The position numbers were made by a program, and so were the translations under genes. Source: Gemmatimonadales bacterium (lineage in GTDB: Bacteria > Gemmatimonadota > Gemmatimonadetes > Gemmatimonadales > GWC2-71-9). Taken from it: DNA of 64,000 nt. The DNA is taken from assembly GCA_035251445.1 (NCBI GenBank), contig DATFEG010000156.1:3528-67527 (forward strand), read 5' to 3'. Shown here piece after piece: positions 50,607 through 60,171 of this stretch. Position 1 is the stretch's first letter. Every line of letters begins with the position of its first letter. The notes under the pieces were generated by a model, which did no database searches, was not told the origin of the DNA, and saw nothing but the letters and a program-made list of their open reading frames with translations.

Positions 50607-51979
50607 TGGCGGCTGGGGGGGTGGGCCTCGCGATCGGGCGATCCTGGACGAGCGATGAGGTGGCGGCGGCGTTGGGTGTACGCTCGCCTGCGAAACTCAC
50701 GTTCAAAGCGATCGCAACCGATACCCGATACCCGATACCCGATAGCCTGTTTGTCGCTCTCAAGGGCGAGAACTTCGACGCGCACAACTTCCTCGAGAAA
50801 GCAAAGGAGCAGGGAGCAACGGCTGCCATCGTGCGCCGCGGCACGGCTCCCATCGCCGGTCTGCCGTTCTTCGAGGTCAATGACACGCTCGAGGCGCTCG
50901 GATTACTGGCGCGCGCGCGGCGGCGGCTCTTTCCCGAGGGCACACCGGTTGTTGCGATCACGGGCTCGAGCGGCAAGACCAGCACCAAGGAGATGATCCG
51001 GGCCGCCCTCGGCGCTCGGTACCGTGTCCACGCGACATCCAGGAATCTCAACAATCGCGTGGGCGTGCCGCTCACGATTCTCAGCGCGCCCGATGATACG
51101 GAGGCGCTCGTCGTGGAAGCTGGGGCCAGCGTCCCGGGAGAGATCGCGAAGCTGCGGGACATCATCGAGCCGACGATCGCGGTCATCACCAACATCGGCT
51201 ACGCGCACGTCGAGGGTTTCGGCTCGCTGGAAGGCGTAATGGCCGAAAAGCTGTCGCTGCTCGACCGCGCGCCCGTCGCGATCCTTGGGTCGGGTCCAGA
51301 TCTGATGTGGCCCGAGGCGCGGCGCCGGACGCGGGTCATTCCGGCGGCGCTTCCGGGCAAGAGCGGGGACGACCGCTTGCTCGACCGCTACCTCGATGCA
51401 GACGGCCACCCCCGCCTGACGCTCCACTCGGGGGAGCAGGTCACGCTGCCGGCCCTGGGGATTCACCAGCTCGAGAATGCACAGATCGCGCTGGCCGTGG
51501 CGCAGCGCGCCGGGGTCGAGCACGACGCCGCGGCGCGCGCCCTGGCCGGGCTCCAGCTGCCGGAAGGGCGAGGGGACGTGCGGGAGATCGGCAGCCTGCT
51601 TGTGATAGACGACAGCTACAACGCCAACCCGGCCTCCATGCGGCGGGCGGTGCAGACGGCCGCCTGGCTGGCGGGGCGGCAGCGGCGGCCGCTCGTGGTG
51701 GTGGTGGGCACGATGTTGGAGTTAGGGCCGGAAAGTGCAAGATTGCACGCCGAAGCCGCGCGCGAAATTGCCCGGCGCAAGCCGGCACTCGTCGCTGCCG
51801 TCGGGACGTTCGCGCGCGCGTTCGAACCCCTGCGCGAAGAGTTGGGAGGACGCCTGATCACCGCAGCCGATGCCAACGCCCTTGGCCCGAAACTCAAATC
51901 GGCGCTGCGCGGCAACGAGCTTCTATTGCTCAAGGCGTCCCGGGGCGTGGCACTCGAACAGGTGCTGCGGCACATCTAA
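50606..51979 (+). CDS. murF: UDP-N-acetylmuramoyl-tripeptide--D-alanyl-D-alanine ligase
   Basis: It has TDTR...LFVALKGENFDAH and ITGSSGKTSTKEM. Confidence 0.92.
   Translation: MAAGGVGLAIGRSWTSDEVAAALGVRSPAKLTFKAIATDTRYPIPDSLFVALKGENFDAHNFLEKAKEQGATAAIVRRGTAPIAGLPFFEVNDTLEALGLLARARRRLFPEGTPVVAITGSSGKTSTKEMIRAALGARYRVHATSRNLNNRVGVPLTILSAPDDTEALVVEAGASVPGEIAKLRDIIEPTIAVITNIGYAHVEGFGSLEGVMAEKLSLLDRAPVAILGSGPDLMWPEARRRTRVIPAALPGKSGDDRLLDRYLDADGHPRLTLHSGEQVTLPALGIHQLENAQIALAVAQRAGVEHDAAARALAGLQLPEGRGDVREIGSLLVIDDSYNANPASMRRAVQTAAWLAGRQRRPLVVVVGTMLELGPESARLHAEAAREIARRKPALVAAVGTFARAFEPLREELGGRLITAADANALGPKLKSALRGNELLLLKASRGVALEQVLRHI
50719..50747 (+). repeat. Heptanucleotide tandem array (CGATACC x4) inside murF
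   Basis: The sequence cgatacc cgatacc cgatacc cgatagc c encodes TDTRYPIPDS and overlays the conserved TDTR motif. Confidence 0.92.
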
Positions 51980-53100
51980 TGCTCTATCATTGGCTCGCGC
52001 CGCTCGCTCGAGAGCACATTGTTTTCAATCTCTTCAACTATATAACCTTTCGCGCGGCGGGTGCGACCGTCACCGCGCTGTTGCTGGCCTTCGTGGTCGG
52101 CCCCTGGGTCATCCGGAAGCTGCGTGACCACCGCATCGGGCAAATCGTGCGTGCAGAAGGTCCGACCAGCCACCACGGCAAGCGCGGCACGCCCACCATG
52201 GGCGGTCTCATCATCATCCTGGCGACGGTTGTGCCGACCCTGCTGTGGGCGCGCCTGGACAGTCGCTACGTGACGGTGGCGGTGGTGGCGACGCTGTGGA
52301 TGGGCCTCATCGGATTTCTCGACGATTTTCTCAAGATCGTCCGCGGCCACTCGCAGGGACTTGTCGCGCGTTGGAAGCTCGTGGGGCAGATCTCTTTCGG
52401 AGTTGGGCTGGGGGCGTATCTGTTGCTCTTTCCGCTGACCACCAGCGCGCCCCCGTCAGCGACGCAGCTGCCGTTCTTCAAGTACATCGTGTTGGCGCTT
52501 CCGTGGCCGCTCTATCTCGGGTTCGTGACTTTCGTGACGACTGCCAGCTCGAACTCGGTCAATCTGACCGATGGACTGGATGGCCTTGCCACCGGGCTCA
52601 CGGTGATCGCCGCCGGCGCGTTCGCGATCTTCTGCTATCTCTTCGGACGCGTCGACGCGGCCCGCTATCTCGGCGTGCTGCACCTCCCGGGCGCGGGGGA
52701 GCTGACGATTTTCTGTGGAGCGCTCATGGGTGCCTCGCTCGGGTTTCTATGGTTCAACGCGCACCCCGCGCAGGTCTTCATGGGCGACACCGGCGCGCTC
52801 GCGATCGGGGGCGCGCTGGGCACTGTGGCGATTCTGCTCAAGACCGAGTTCTTGCTCCTCATCGCGGGCGCGGTGTTTGCGGCGGAGACAGTGTCGGTAT
52901 TGATCCAAACGACGACCTACAAGTACCGCAAGAAAAAGTATGGGAAGGAGTACGCCGACGCCCACAAGGTTTTTCGGATGGCGCCGCTCCACCATCATTT
53001 TGAAAAACTGGGGTGGGCCGAGCCACAGGTAGTCATGCGGTTCTACATCCTGGGGGTCATGTGCGCGATGATCGCGCTGGCTACGCTCAAGGTGCGATGA
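51979..53100 (+). CDS. mraY: Phospho-N-acetylmuramoyl-pentapeptide-transferase
   Basis: The ATG at 51979 overlaps the murF stop by 1 nt. It is a polytopic protein with NSVNLTDGLDGLA and HHHFE motifs. Confidence 0.96.
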   Translation: MLYHWLAPLAREHIVFNLFNYITFRAAGATVTALLLAFVVGPWVIRKLRDHRIGQIVRAEGPTSHHGKRGTPTMGGLIIILATVVPTLLWARLDSRYVTVAVVATLWMGLIGFLDDFLKIVRGHSQGLVARWKLVGQISFGVGLGAYLLLFPLTTSAPPSATQLPFFKYIVLALPWPLYLGFVTFVTTASSNSVNLTDGLDGLATGLTVIAAGAFAIFCYLFGRVDAARYLGVLHLPGAGELTIFCGALMGASLGFLWFNAHPAQVFMGDTGALAIGGALGTVAILLKTEFLLLIAGAVFAAETVSVLIQTTTYKYRKKKYGKEYADAHKVFRMAPLHHHFEKLGWAEPQVVMRFYILGVMCAMIALATLKVR

Positions 53101-54473
53101 TCGAGCCCCTGATACCCGATTCCTGGCGCCGGGGCGGCGTCGTTGCGGTGATTGGTCTGGGGAAAAGCGGTGTCGCGGCTACGCAGCTGCTGGCGCGCCA
53201 CGGCCTCCGTGTGTATGCCAGCGACGCGTCGGACCATCCCTACGCGGGCGAGGCAGTGACCGCCCTCCGGCACTTGTCGGGTGTAGAAGTCGACGTGGGC
53301 CGTCACGACCTCGCGAAGATTCGGCAGGCGATCGGCGTGGTGGTCTCGCCCGGTGTGCCTCCCGATGCGCCGCCGATCGCCGCGGCCCGCCACGCGGGCG
53401 TGGAGATTGTGTCCGAGCTGGACGTGGGGTTCCGCGGTCTGGCGGCTGCCGGTGCGGCGACGCGCTGTGTTGCCATCACCGGCACGAACGGAAAGACCAC
53501 CACGACCGCGCTGATCGCGCATCTCTTGAGCAGCGCGGGTCTGCAGGCGACGACGGCAGGCAACATCGGCCGGCCGATGACCGACCTCGTGCTCGCCGGC
53601 GAGCGGTTTGACTGGCTGAGCGTCGAAGTCTCCTCGTTCCAGCTGCACGACAGCCCAAACTTCGCGCCGGAGATCGGCGTGCTGACGAATCTCGCGCCCG
53701 ACCATCTTGATCGGTACCCCTCCGCCGAGGCGTACTACGCGGACAAACGGCTGCTCTTCCGGAACGCTCGGGCCGAGAGCGTCTGGGTCCTCAACGCCGA
53801 CGATCCATTGGTGCTGAAGCTCTCGAATGGCGTTGCCGGCCGCCGGGCGCTGTTTTCACTCGCAACGAGCGCCGACGCCTCGTACGACCGCTCGAGCCGG
53901 ACGCTGCACCTCGGTCGGGAGGTCCTGCTGAAACGCGACGAGCTCCATCTGCTCGGCGATCACAACATCGCCAATGCATTGGCCGGCGCCCTCGCGGTAC
54001 ACGAAGCCGGTGTGCCGGCGGGGCGCATCGCCGAAGGACTGCGCTCGTTCCGGCCGCTCCCACATCGACTCGAGCCCGTTGGCGAGCGTCATGGGATATT
54101 GTGGATCAATGACTCCAAGGCCACGAACATCGCCGCGACGACAGTCGCCCTCGTCGCGATGGAGCGGCCGTACGTGCTGCTATTGGGCGGACGTCACAAG
54201 GGCGAGCCGTACACGAGCCTCGCGCCGCTCCTTGCCGATCGCTGCCGGCTGGTGATCGCGTACGGGGAGGCGGGGCCGCTCGTGGAGGGGGATTTGAAGG
54301 GGAAGGTGCCACTCGAGCGGGGTACGACGTTCGAGGACGTCATCGCGCGCGCGCGCCGGTCCTCACGGCCGGGAGACGCCGTGCTGCTGTCTCCAGCGTG
54401 CTCCAGTTACGACATGTTCAAGAACTATGAAGAGCGGGGGGCCACATTCCGGCGGCTCGCGCAAGGGGAGTAG
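53097..54473 (+). CDS. murD: UDP-N-acetylmuramoylalanine--D-glutamate ligase
   Basis: The ATG at 53097 overlaps the preceding stop as ATGA. It has GLGKSG and ITGTNGKTTT. Confidence 0.93.
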   Translation: MIEPLIPDSWRRGGVVAVIGLGKSGVAATQLLARHGLRVYASDASDHPYAGEAVTALRHLSGVEVDVGRHDLAKIRQAIGVVVSPGVPPDAPPIAAARHAGVEIVSELDVGFRGLAAAGAATRCVAITGTNGKTTTTALIAHLLSSAGLQATTAGNIGRPMTDLVLAGERFDWLSVEVSSFQLHDSPNFAPEIGVLTNLAPDHLDRYPSAEAYYADKRLLFRNARAESVWVLNADDPLVLKLSNGVAGRRALFSLATSADASYDRSSRTLHLGREVLLKRDELHLLGDHNIANALAGALAVHEAGVPAGRIAEGLRSFRPLPHRLEPVGERHGILWINDSKATNIAATTVALVAMERPYVLLLGGRHKGEPYTSLAPLLADRCRLVIAYGEAGPLVEGDLKGKVPLERGTTFEDVIARARRSSRPGDAVLLSPACSSYDMFKNYEERGATFRRLAQGE

Positions 54474-55573
54474 TGACCTGGGAGGGACGACTGCTCGCGG
54501 TCGTGACCGCGGTGCTGGTCGTCTTTGGTCTCGGGGCGGTGTACGGCGCCTCGAGTCTCGTCAACGTCGCGGGAGGACAGGTCGGCGCGAGCTTCGCCTT
54601 GCGCCAGGCCGTCGGTGCCGTCGTCGGCGGACTGCTCGCGATTGTGTGTGCGCGCCTGGATTACCATCGCTGGCGGCGCTGGGCCTGGCCGTTCCTTGGC
54701 GTCACGGTCTTCCTGCTGTTGATCCCGTTGCTGCCGTTCACGCACGCGATCACGCCCACGATCAATGGTGCGCGCCGCTGGGTGAACCTCGGTGTGCTGA
54801 CGCTGCAGCCCTCCGAGCTCGCCAAGTTCGCCGTCGTCGTGTGGTGCGCGATGCTCGCGGCCAAGAAAGGCGAGCAACTGCGCGACTTCAAACAGGGCGT
54901 ACTCCCATTCCTCGTGATTCTCGTCCCGGTCATCGGTCTGATCTTCCTCGAGCCGCATCTTTCAATGGCGCTCCTCGTCGCCATCCTGGCCGGGAGCGTG
55001 CTGTTTACCGCCGGCGCGCGCATCGGCCACTTCCTTGCGCTGGGCGCGGCCGCGGGACCGCTCCTGTTCGGCGCCATCGCGTCGGCGCAGTACCGGATGG
55101 CGCGGGTTCTCACTTTTCTGAATCCGGGCGCCACGCCCCAAGAAGCGTCCTGGCAAGTGCATCAATCGCTCACCGGCATCGGAGCGGGACAGGTGCTCGG
55201 TGTGGGATTCGGTCAAGGGCAGCAAAAGCTGGGGTATCTGCCATACGCGTATTCTGACTTCATCTTCTCAACGATCGGGGAGGAATGGGGCTTTGTCGGG
55301 GTCCTCGCGATCGCGCTGCTCTTCGGGACGTTCCTGTGGCTCGGCTTCCGCATCGCCCGGAACGCTTCCGATCCCTTCGGCCAGCTGCTGGCGACGGGGA
55401 TCACCGTGATGATCGGCTTGAGCGTGGTCCTGCACGTCGGCGTCAGCCTCGCGGTGATTCCGGCGACGGGTGTGACGCTGCCGTTCATGTCGTATGGACG
55501 CTCCTCTCTGATCGTTGCGCTAGCAGCAACCGGTGTGCTTGCGAGCGTCGGACGTGCACGACGAACTGCATAG
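54473..55573 (+). CDS. ftsW: SEDS-family peptidoglycan polymerase FtsW
   Basis: The 366-aa polytopic protein has PSELAKF and PYAYSDFIFSTIGEEWG motifs and sits in the expected dcw position. Confidence 0.93.
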   Translation: MTWEGRLLAVVTAVLVVFGLGAVYGASSLVNVAGGQVGASFALRQAVGAVVGGLLAIVCARLDYHRWRRWAWPFLGVTVFLLLIPLLPFTHAITPTINGARRWVNLGVLTLQPSELAKFAVVVWCAMLAAKKGEQLRDFKQGVLPFLVILVPVIGLIFLEPHLSMALLVAILAGSVLFTAGARIGHFLALGAAAGPLLFGAIASAQYRMARVLTFLNPGATPQEASWQVHQSLTGIGAGQVLGVGFGQGQQKLGYLPYAYSDFIFSTIGEEWGFVGVLAIALLFGTFLWLGFRIARNASDPFGQLLATGITVMIGLSVVLHVGVSLAVIPATGVTLPFMSYGRSSLIVALAATGVLASVGRARRTA

Positions 55574-55651
55574 TGCGTGGTGCGTGGTGCGTGGGCTCGA
55601 GGTGGGATCCGTAAACCCACGCACCACGCACCACGTACCACGCACTTTTTT
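55573..55651 (+). terminator. Heptamer-array hairpin with T6 tail (terminator-like) between ftsW and murG
   Basis: The left arm is (GTGCGTG)x3 plus GG at 55573-55595. The right arm is CC(CACGCAC)-type x4 at 55616-55645. The potential stem is about 23 bp with a 20-nt loop, followed by tttttt at 55646-55651. Confidence 0.6.
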
Positions 55652-55654
55652 CAC

Positions 55655-56737
55655 GTGAGGCTTTTGATAGCAGGCGGCGGCACCGGCGGTCATCTCATGC
55701 CAGCGCTCGTATTAGCGCGCGTCGCCGCGGATGAAGGTCACGAGGTGGTTTTGGCCGGCGCCGCGCGCGGCATCGAAGCCCGCGTTCTCCCGCGCCATCC
55801 GTTTCGTTTCCATCTCTTGCCCATGGAGCCGCTGTACCGGCAGCAGTGGTGGCGCAACGCGTTGCTTCCGCTGGTGTGGCTGCGCGCGACGCAGTCGTCT
55901 CAGCGCGTGCTTCGGGATGAGCAGCCGCAGATCGTGATCGGCACGGGGGGCTACGCGGCCGGCCCGATCGTGTGGCGCGCGCAGCGGCTAGGGATCCCGA
56001 CCGTCCTTCAGGAGCAGAATGCGTTTCCCGGCCTGACGACGCGATGGTTGGCTCGCGGCGCCCGGCAGATCCATCTGGGGTTTCCGGAAGCGCGTGACCG
56101 GCTGTCCGTGGGACCGGGGACCCAGGTTTTCGTGTTTGGAAATCCGATCACTCCCCCGGGCCGCATCGATACGCACGTCGCGCGCGCCGAGTTCGGCCTT
56201 TCGGCGCACGAGCGGACCGTGTTGATCTTCGGCGGCAGCCAGGGCGCGCGCGCGTTGAACGAAACCGTCGCGCGCGCGATCGGACGGGGCCTGCTCAAGG
56301 ACGTGAGCCTCTTGTGGGGAACCGGCACCGCTCACGAGGAGCGCTACGCGTCGCTTGCCGTGCCCGGTCGCATTGTCGTGCGGGGGTTTTTCGATCCGAT
56401 CGCGACCGCCTACGCCGCGGCCGACCTCGTGGTCGCGCGGGCGGGCGCGATGACCGTGTCCGAGCTCTGCGCATGGGGGAAGCCCAGCATCCTGGTGCCG
56501 CTCCCGACGGCAGCGGCGGATCACCAGACCTTGAACGCACGGGCGCTCGCGACGGCCGGCGCGAGTGTGCTCGTACTCGAAAGCGAGTTAGCGCCCGATT
56601 CGTTTTCCAAGACCGTCAGCGCCCTGGCTCGCGACGAGGAGCGCCTGGCTGAACTCGGTCAAACGGCCCGAAAAAGGGGTCACCCGAACGCCGCCCGAAC
56701 CATCTTTGCCAAGATCGTAGAGCTTTTGCAAGTTTAG
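55655..56737 (+). CDS. murG: UDP-N-acetylglucosamine--N-acetylmuramyl-(pentapeptide) pyrophosphoryl-undecaprenol GlcNAc transferase
   Basis: The GTG at 55655 gives the canonical N-terminus VRLLIAGGGTGGHLMPAL. The track start at 55577 would translate the hairpin. Confidence 0.9.
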   Translation: MRLLIAGGGTGGHLMPALVLARVAADEGHEVVLAGAARGIEARVLPRHPFRFHLLPMEPLYRQQWWRNALLPLVWLRATQSSQRVLRDEQPQIVIGTGGYAAGPIVWRAQRLGIPTVLQEQNAFPGLTTRWLARGARQIHLGFPEARDRLSVGPGTQVFVFGNPITPPGRIDTHVARAEFGLSAHERTVLIFGGSQGARALNETVARAIGRGLLKDVSLLWGTGTAHEERYASLAVPGRIVVRGFFDPIATAYAAADLVVARAGAMTVSELCAWGKPSILVPLPTAAADHQTLNARALATAGASVLVLESELAPDSFSKTVSALARDEERLAELGQTARKRGHPNAARTIFAKIVELLQV

Positions 56738-56764
56738 TAAATTCGCTATATTAGCTGCCCACAG

Positions 56765-58177
56765 ATGACCTTGTTTCGAACCGGGGATCCCCGACCCATC
56801 CATCTCATGGGCATAGCCGGGGCGGGGATGAGCGCCTTGGCTCTAATTGCCAGGCACCGGGGCGTCGCCATAACTGGTTGTGATACTGACACTTCTGGGG
56901 CCGGGATCGCTGATCTGGCTGCCTTGGGAGTTGCTGTTTCTCAGGGCCACGACCCCAGCCATGTGGATGGGGCGCGGGCGGTTATCGTGACTGCGGCGGT
57001 GCCGCCGAACCATCCCGAGCTGCAGCGGGCGAGGGCCTTGAACATACCGGTCGTGCGACGCGCCGACGCCCTGGGGGAGCTGGTTTCGGGTGGCGGCGGA
57101 GCGAGCCTCGTGGCGGTCGCCGGAACACACGGCAAGACGACCACCACGGTCATGATGACGGAGGCACTCGCGGCCGCCGGGCGAAACCCAACAGGACTCG
57201 CAGGCGGCCGAGTCGCTACATGGGGTGGCAATGCGCGCATCGGCGGGGACGGCTTGTATGTCGTCGAGGCCGACGAGTACGACAAGGCCTTCCTCTCGCT
57301 CCGCCCGACTGTTGCGGTCGTGAACAACGTCGAGGCGGATCACCTCGAGTGCTATGGGAGTGTAGAAGCACTTGAGGCGGCGTTCGTTGAGTTTGCGGGC
57401 CGGGCACAGCGGGTGATTGTGGGCGCGGACGATGCGGGAGCCGATCGAGTCGCGTTGCAACTGGAGGCGCCCCTATGGCGCGTCGGTATCGGAGCGATGG
57501 CGGACGTGCGCATTCGCGCGGTCAGGCTCGAGCCGAGTGGCTCGCGTGCGACGATCACGCTGCCGGGCGGCGACAGCGTCGAGCTGAAGCTCGCGGTTTT
57601 GGGAATGCACAACGTGCGCAACGCGGCGGTGACGCTGGCGGCATTGCACGCGCTCGGCGCGGACGTGCATGCGGGTGCGCGCGCGTTGGGCGAGTTCCAC
57701 GGCGTGGGCCGGCGGTTCGAGCGGCTCGGTGACGAGCGCGGTGTGACGGTCGTCGACGACTACGCGCATCACCCGACGGAAGTCGCGGCGACGCTGTCGT
57801 CGGCGCGGCAGGCGTATCCGGGGCGGCGCGTCGTCGCGGTGTTTCAGCCGCATCTCTATTCGCGCACCGCGCTGCACGGGGAAGCGCTTGGCAAGGCGCT
57901 CGCCGCGGCCGACATGGTGATCGTCGCACCGATCTATGGCGCGCGCGAACAGCCGCTCGAGGGCATCACGCATCATCTCGTCGTGCGTGCCGCGACCCGG
58001 GCGGGTGCCGCGACGGTAGCAGTGCGAGATCGCAGCGCGCTGACGAATCACGTCGCGCGCGCCGTGCGCGGAGGTGACGTCGTGTTCACGCTGGGCGCGG
58101 GGGACGTGACGCGCGTCGGGCCTGAGCTGCTGACAATTCTTCGGGCACGGAACGGCGAGCAGGGAGCAGTCGCATGA
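56765..58177 (+). CDS. murC: UDP-N-acetylmuramate--L-alanine ligase
   Basis: It has HLMGIAGAGMSALA and AGTHGKTTTT. Confidence 0.93.
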   Translation: MTLFRTGDPRPIHLMGIAGAGMSALALIARHRGVAITGCDTDTSGAGIADLAALGVAVSQGHDPSHVDGARAVIVTAAVPPNHPELQRARALNIPVVRRADALGELVSGGGGASLVAVAGTHGKTTTTVMMTEALAAAGRNPTGLAGGRVATWGGNARIGGDGLYVVEADEYDKAFLSLRPTVAVVNNVEADHLECYGSVEALEAAFVEFAGRAQRVIVGADDAGADRVALQLEAPLWRVGIGAMADVRIRAVRLEPSGSRATITLPGGDSVELKLAVLGMHNVRNAAVTLAALHALGADVHAGARALGEFHGVGRRFERLGDERGVTVVDDYAHHPTEVAATLSSARQAYPGRRVVAVFQPHLYSRTALHGEALGKALAAADMVIVAPIYGAREQPLEGITHHLVVRAATRAGAATVAVRDRSALTNHVARAVRGGDVVFTLGAGDVTRVGPELLTILRARNGEQGAVA

Positions 58178-58911
58178 AGTGGAAGTTTCGTGCCGTGCGG
58201 CTGGCACGGGTGTCATGGAGCGTGTTGATCTGGGCCAGCGCAGCTATCGTGGTGATGGTCGCGTGGACAGCGGCACCGCTCGCGCTCCGGCGGCTCGAGT
58301 TCTTCCGGGTGCGCCAGGTCGAGCTGCTCGGGATTCGTTATCTCGACGCGGACCGTGTACTCGGAACGTTAGGCTTGGCGGCGGAGGCGAGCGTGTTCGA
58401 CGACCTGAACGTGCTCGTGGACCGGTTGCGGGGATTGGACGGCGTCGCCGACGTGGCCGTGACACGCCATCCCCCTGGTTCGTTGCAGGTGATTATCCGG
58501 GAGGTCGAGCCGGTCGCGCTCGTCGCGAACGAGCGAGGCGCGCTCAGCGTCGTCGATGCCGGCGGGCGCGCCCTGCCATTTAAGCTCGTGAGTCTCGATC
58601 TTCCAGTGGTCCAGGCTGCCGACACCGTCGTAGTCGGCGTCCTCGCGCGGGTCCAGGTGTTCGATCCCGCGCTGTTTCAGACGATCGATGCCGCGCGGCG
58701 TGTCGATGCGCAGCACGATGTCCTCCTCGAGCTGGGCGCCCGTCGTGTCCTATTGGCACGCGACGCGGGGCCGGAGGTGATTCAGGCGGTGGTGTTGGTC
58801 GCACAAGACCTGGCGGCGAAAGCGCGCCCCTATGCCGAGCTCGACGCCCGCTTTGCGGGACAGGTCGTCGTGCGCCGCCGCGCGAGGACACCGGGGACGC
58901 GGACCTCATGA
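58174..58911 (+). CDS. ftsQ: Cell division protein FtsQ (POTRA domain)
   Basis: It has a single TM and a POTRA-like segment (FRVRQVELLGIRYLDADRVL), and lies between murC and ftsA. It overlaps murC as ATGA. Confidence 0.75.
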   Translation: MKWKFRAVRLARVSWSVLIWASAAIVVMVAWTAAPLALRRLEFFRVRQVELLGIRYLDADRVLGTLGLAAEASVFDDLNVLVDRLRGLDGVADVAVTRHPPGSLQVIIREVEPVALVANERGALSVVDAGGRALPFKLVSLDLPVVQAADTVVVGVLARVQVFDPALFQTIDAARRVDAQHDVLLELGARRVLLARDAGPEVIQAVVLVAQDLAAKARPYAELDARFAGQVVVRRRARTPGTRTS

Positions 58912-60155
58912 CCGACCGCCGTCTCGTCGCCGGGCTCGATCTCGGCAGCACGAAGACCTGCGCGGTGATCGCGGAGCTGCAGGGCGACCTGCCGCGGGCG
59001 CCGCTCGCCAAGATTCTCGGCGTCGGGGTCGCCAAGAACAGCGGCGTGCGCCGGGGCATGGTGCGGGACATCGACGAGACGATGCGCTCCGTCGGCGCGG
59101 CGCTGAAGGACGCCGAGCGCATGGCCGGCGCGCGGGTGCCCGACGTCACCTGTGGGATCGCGGGCGAGCACGTCTCTGCCCGCAGCTCGGCGGGCGTCGT
59201 CGCGGTCAGCAGCGACGAGATCACGCCGCAGGATGTAGCGCGCGTCAATGAGGTGGCCCGCGCGGTCTCGCTCGGCCGCGATCACGAGCTGCTGCACGAC
59301 ATTCCGCAGGAATACATCGTCGATCAGCAGCACGGCATCTCCGATCCCGTCGGGATGACGGGGACGCGACTCGAAGTGGAGATGTATCTCGTGACGGCGC
59401 AAGCGACGGCCGCCCAGAATCTGCGCAAGAGCGTGCAGCGGGCCGGCTACCGCGTCGCCGATCTCGTGCTCGAGCCGCTGGCCGCCTCGTATGCGATTCT
59501 CACGGACGACGAAAAAGAGCTGGGCGTTGCGCTGGTGGAAGTCGGCGGGAGCTCCACCGGGGTGTCGATTTTTCACGAGGGGAAGATTCGTCATCTCGCT
59601 TCGCTCAAGTACGCCGGCTCGCATGTCACGAGCGATCTGGTGCAAGGGCTGGGCGTGACGCAGTCCGACGCCGAGCGGCTGAAAGAGCGGCACGGCTCGG
59701 CGTATTCGCCGCTGGTGGACGCCGCGGAAATGGTGAATCTCCCGTCCACGCCGGGCCAGGGGGCGCGCACCGCGTCCCGCGAGCTGTTGGCGCACATCAT
59801 TCATCAGCGCGTCGATGAGATCTTCCAGCTCGTCACGCGCGAGTTCGAGCGAGCAGGATACGGAGCGGGTCGCTTGCCCGCCGGCGTGGTGTTGAGCGGC
59901 GGCACGGCGCACCTCCCGGGAATGGTCGAGCTGGCGCGCGAGGTCTTCGCGGTTCCGGTGCGCGCCGGACATCCCGAGCTCGGCATTTCGGGTCTTGTCG
60001 ACAGTGTGCAGGCACCGCGCTTCGCGGTGCCGGTTGGGTTGGTGCTGTACGCGGCGCGCAAGAGCGCGCAGGGCTCCGCTCCCGGTGTGTTATTCGGCGG
60101 CGCTCCCGAGAAGCTTTTTGGACCTCTCAAGAGATGGTTGCAAGACTTCTTCTGA
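58908..60155 (+). CDS. ftsA: Cell division protein FtsA
   Basis: It has an actin-like fold with GLDLGSTKTCAVIA and VLSGGTAHLPG, and a C-terminal amphipathic tail (LKRWLQDFF). Confidence 0.93.
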   Translation: MTDRRLVAGLDLGSTKTCAVIAELQGDLPRAPLAKILGVGVAKNSGVRRGMVRDIDETMRSVGAALKDAERMAGARVPDVTCGIAGEHVSARSSAGVVAVSSDEITPQDVARVNEVARAVSLGRDHELLHDIPQEYIVDQQHGISDPVGMTGTRLEVEMYLVTAQATAAQNLRKSVQRAGYRVADLVLEPLAASYAILTDDEKELGVALVEVGGSSTGVSIFHEGKIRHLASLKYAGSHVTSDLVQGLGVTQSDAERLKERHGSAYSPLVDAAEMVNLPSTPGQGARTASRELLAHIIHQRVDEIFQLVTREFERAGYGAGRLPAGVVLSGGTAHLPGMVELAREVFAVPVRAGHPELGISGLVDSVQAPRFAVPVGLVLYAARKSAQGSAPGVLFGGAPEKLFGPLKRWLQDFF

Positions 60156-60171
60156 GCCCTAGGGGAGAACC

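Noticed and set aside
55577-55654. The track places the murG start at 55577, giving MVRGAWARGGIRKPTHHAPRTTHFFH before the canonical N-terminus.
   Set aside because: This segment is the heptamer hairpin plus its T-run. The canonical MurG N-terminus (RLLIAGGGTGGH) begins at the GTG at 55655.
56726-56752. I considered TTGCAA ... TATATT as a promoter for murC in the murG-murC spacer.
   Set aside because: The hexamers are separated by only 15 nt, and the -35 lies inside murG coding sequence. This is too weak to list as a feature, so it is mentioned only under the CTATATT observation.
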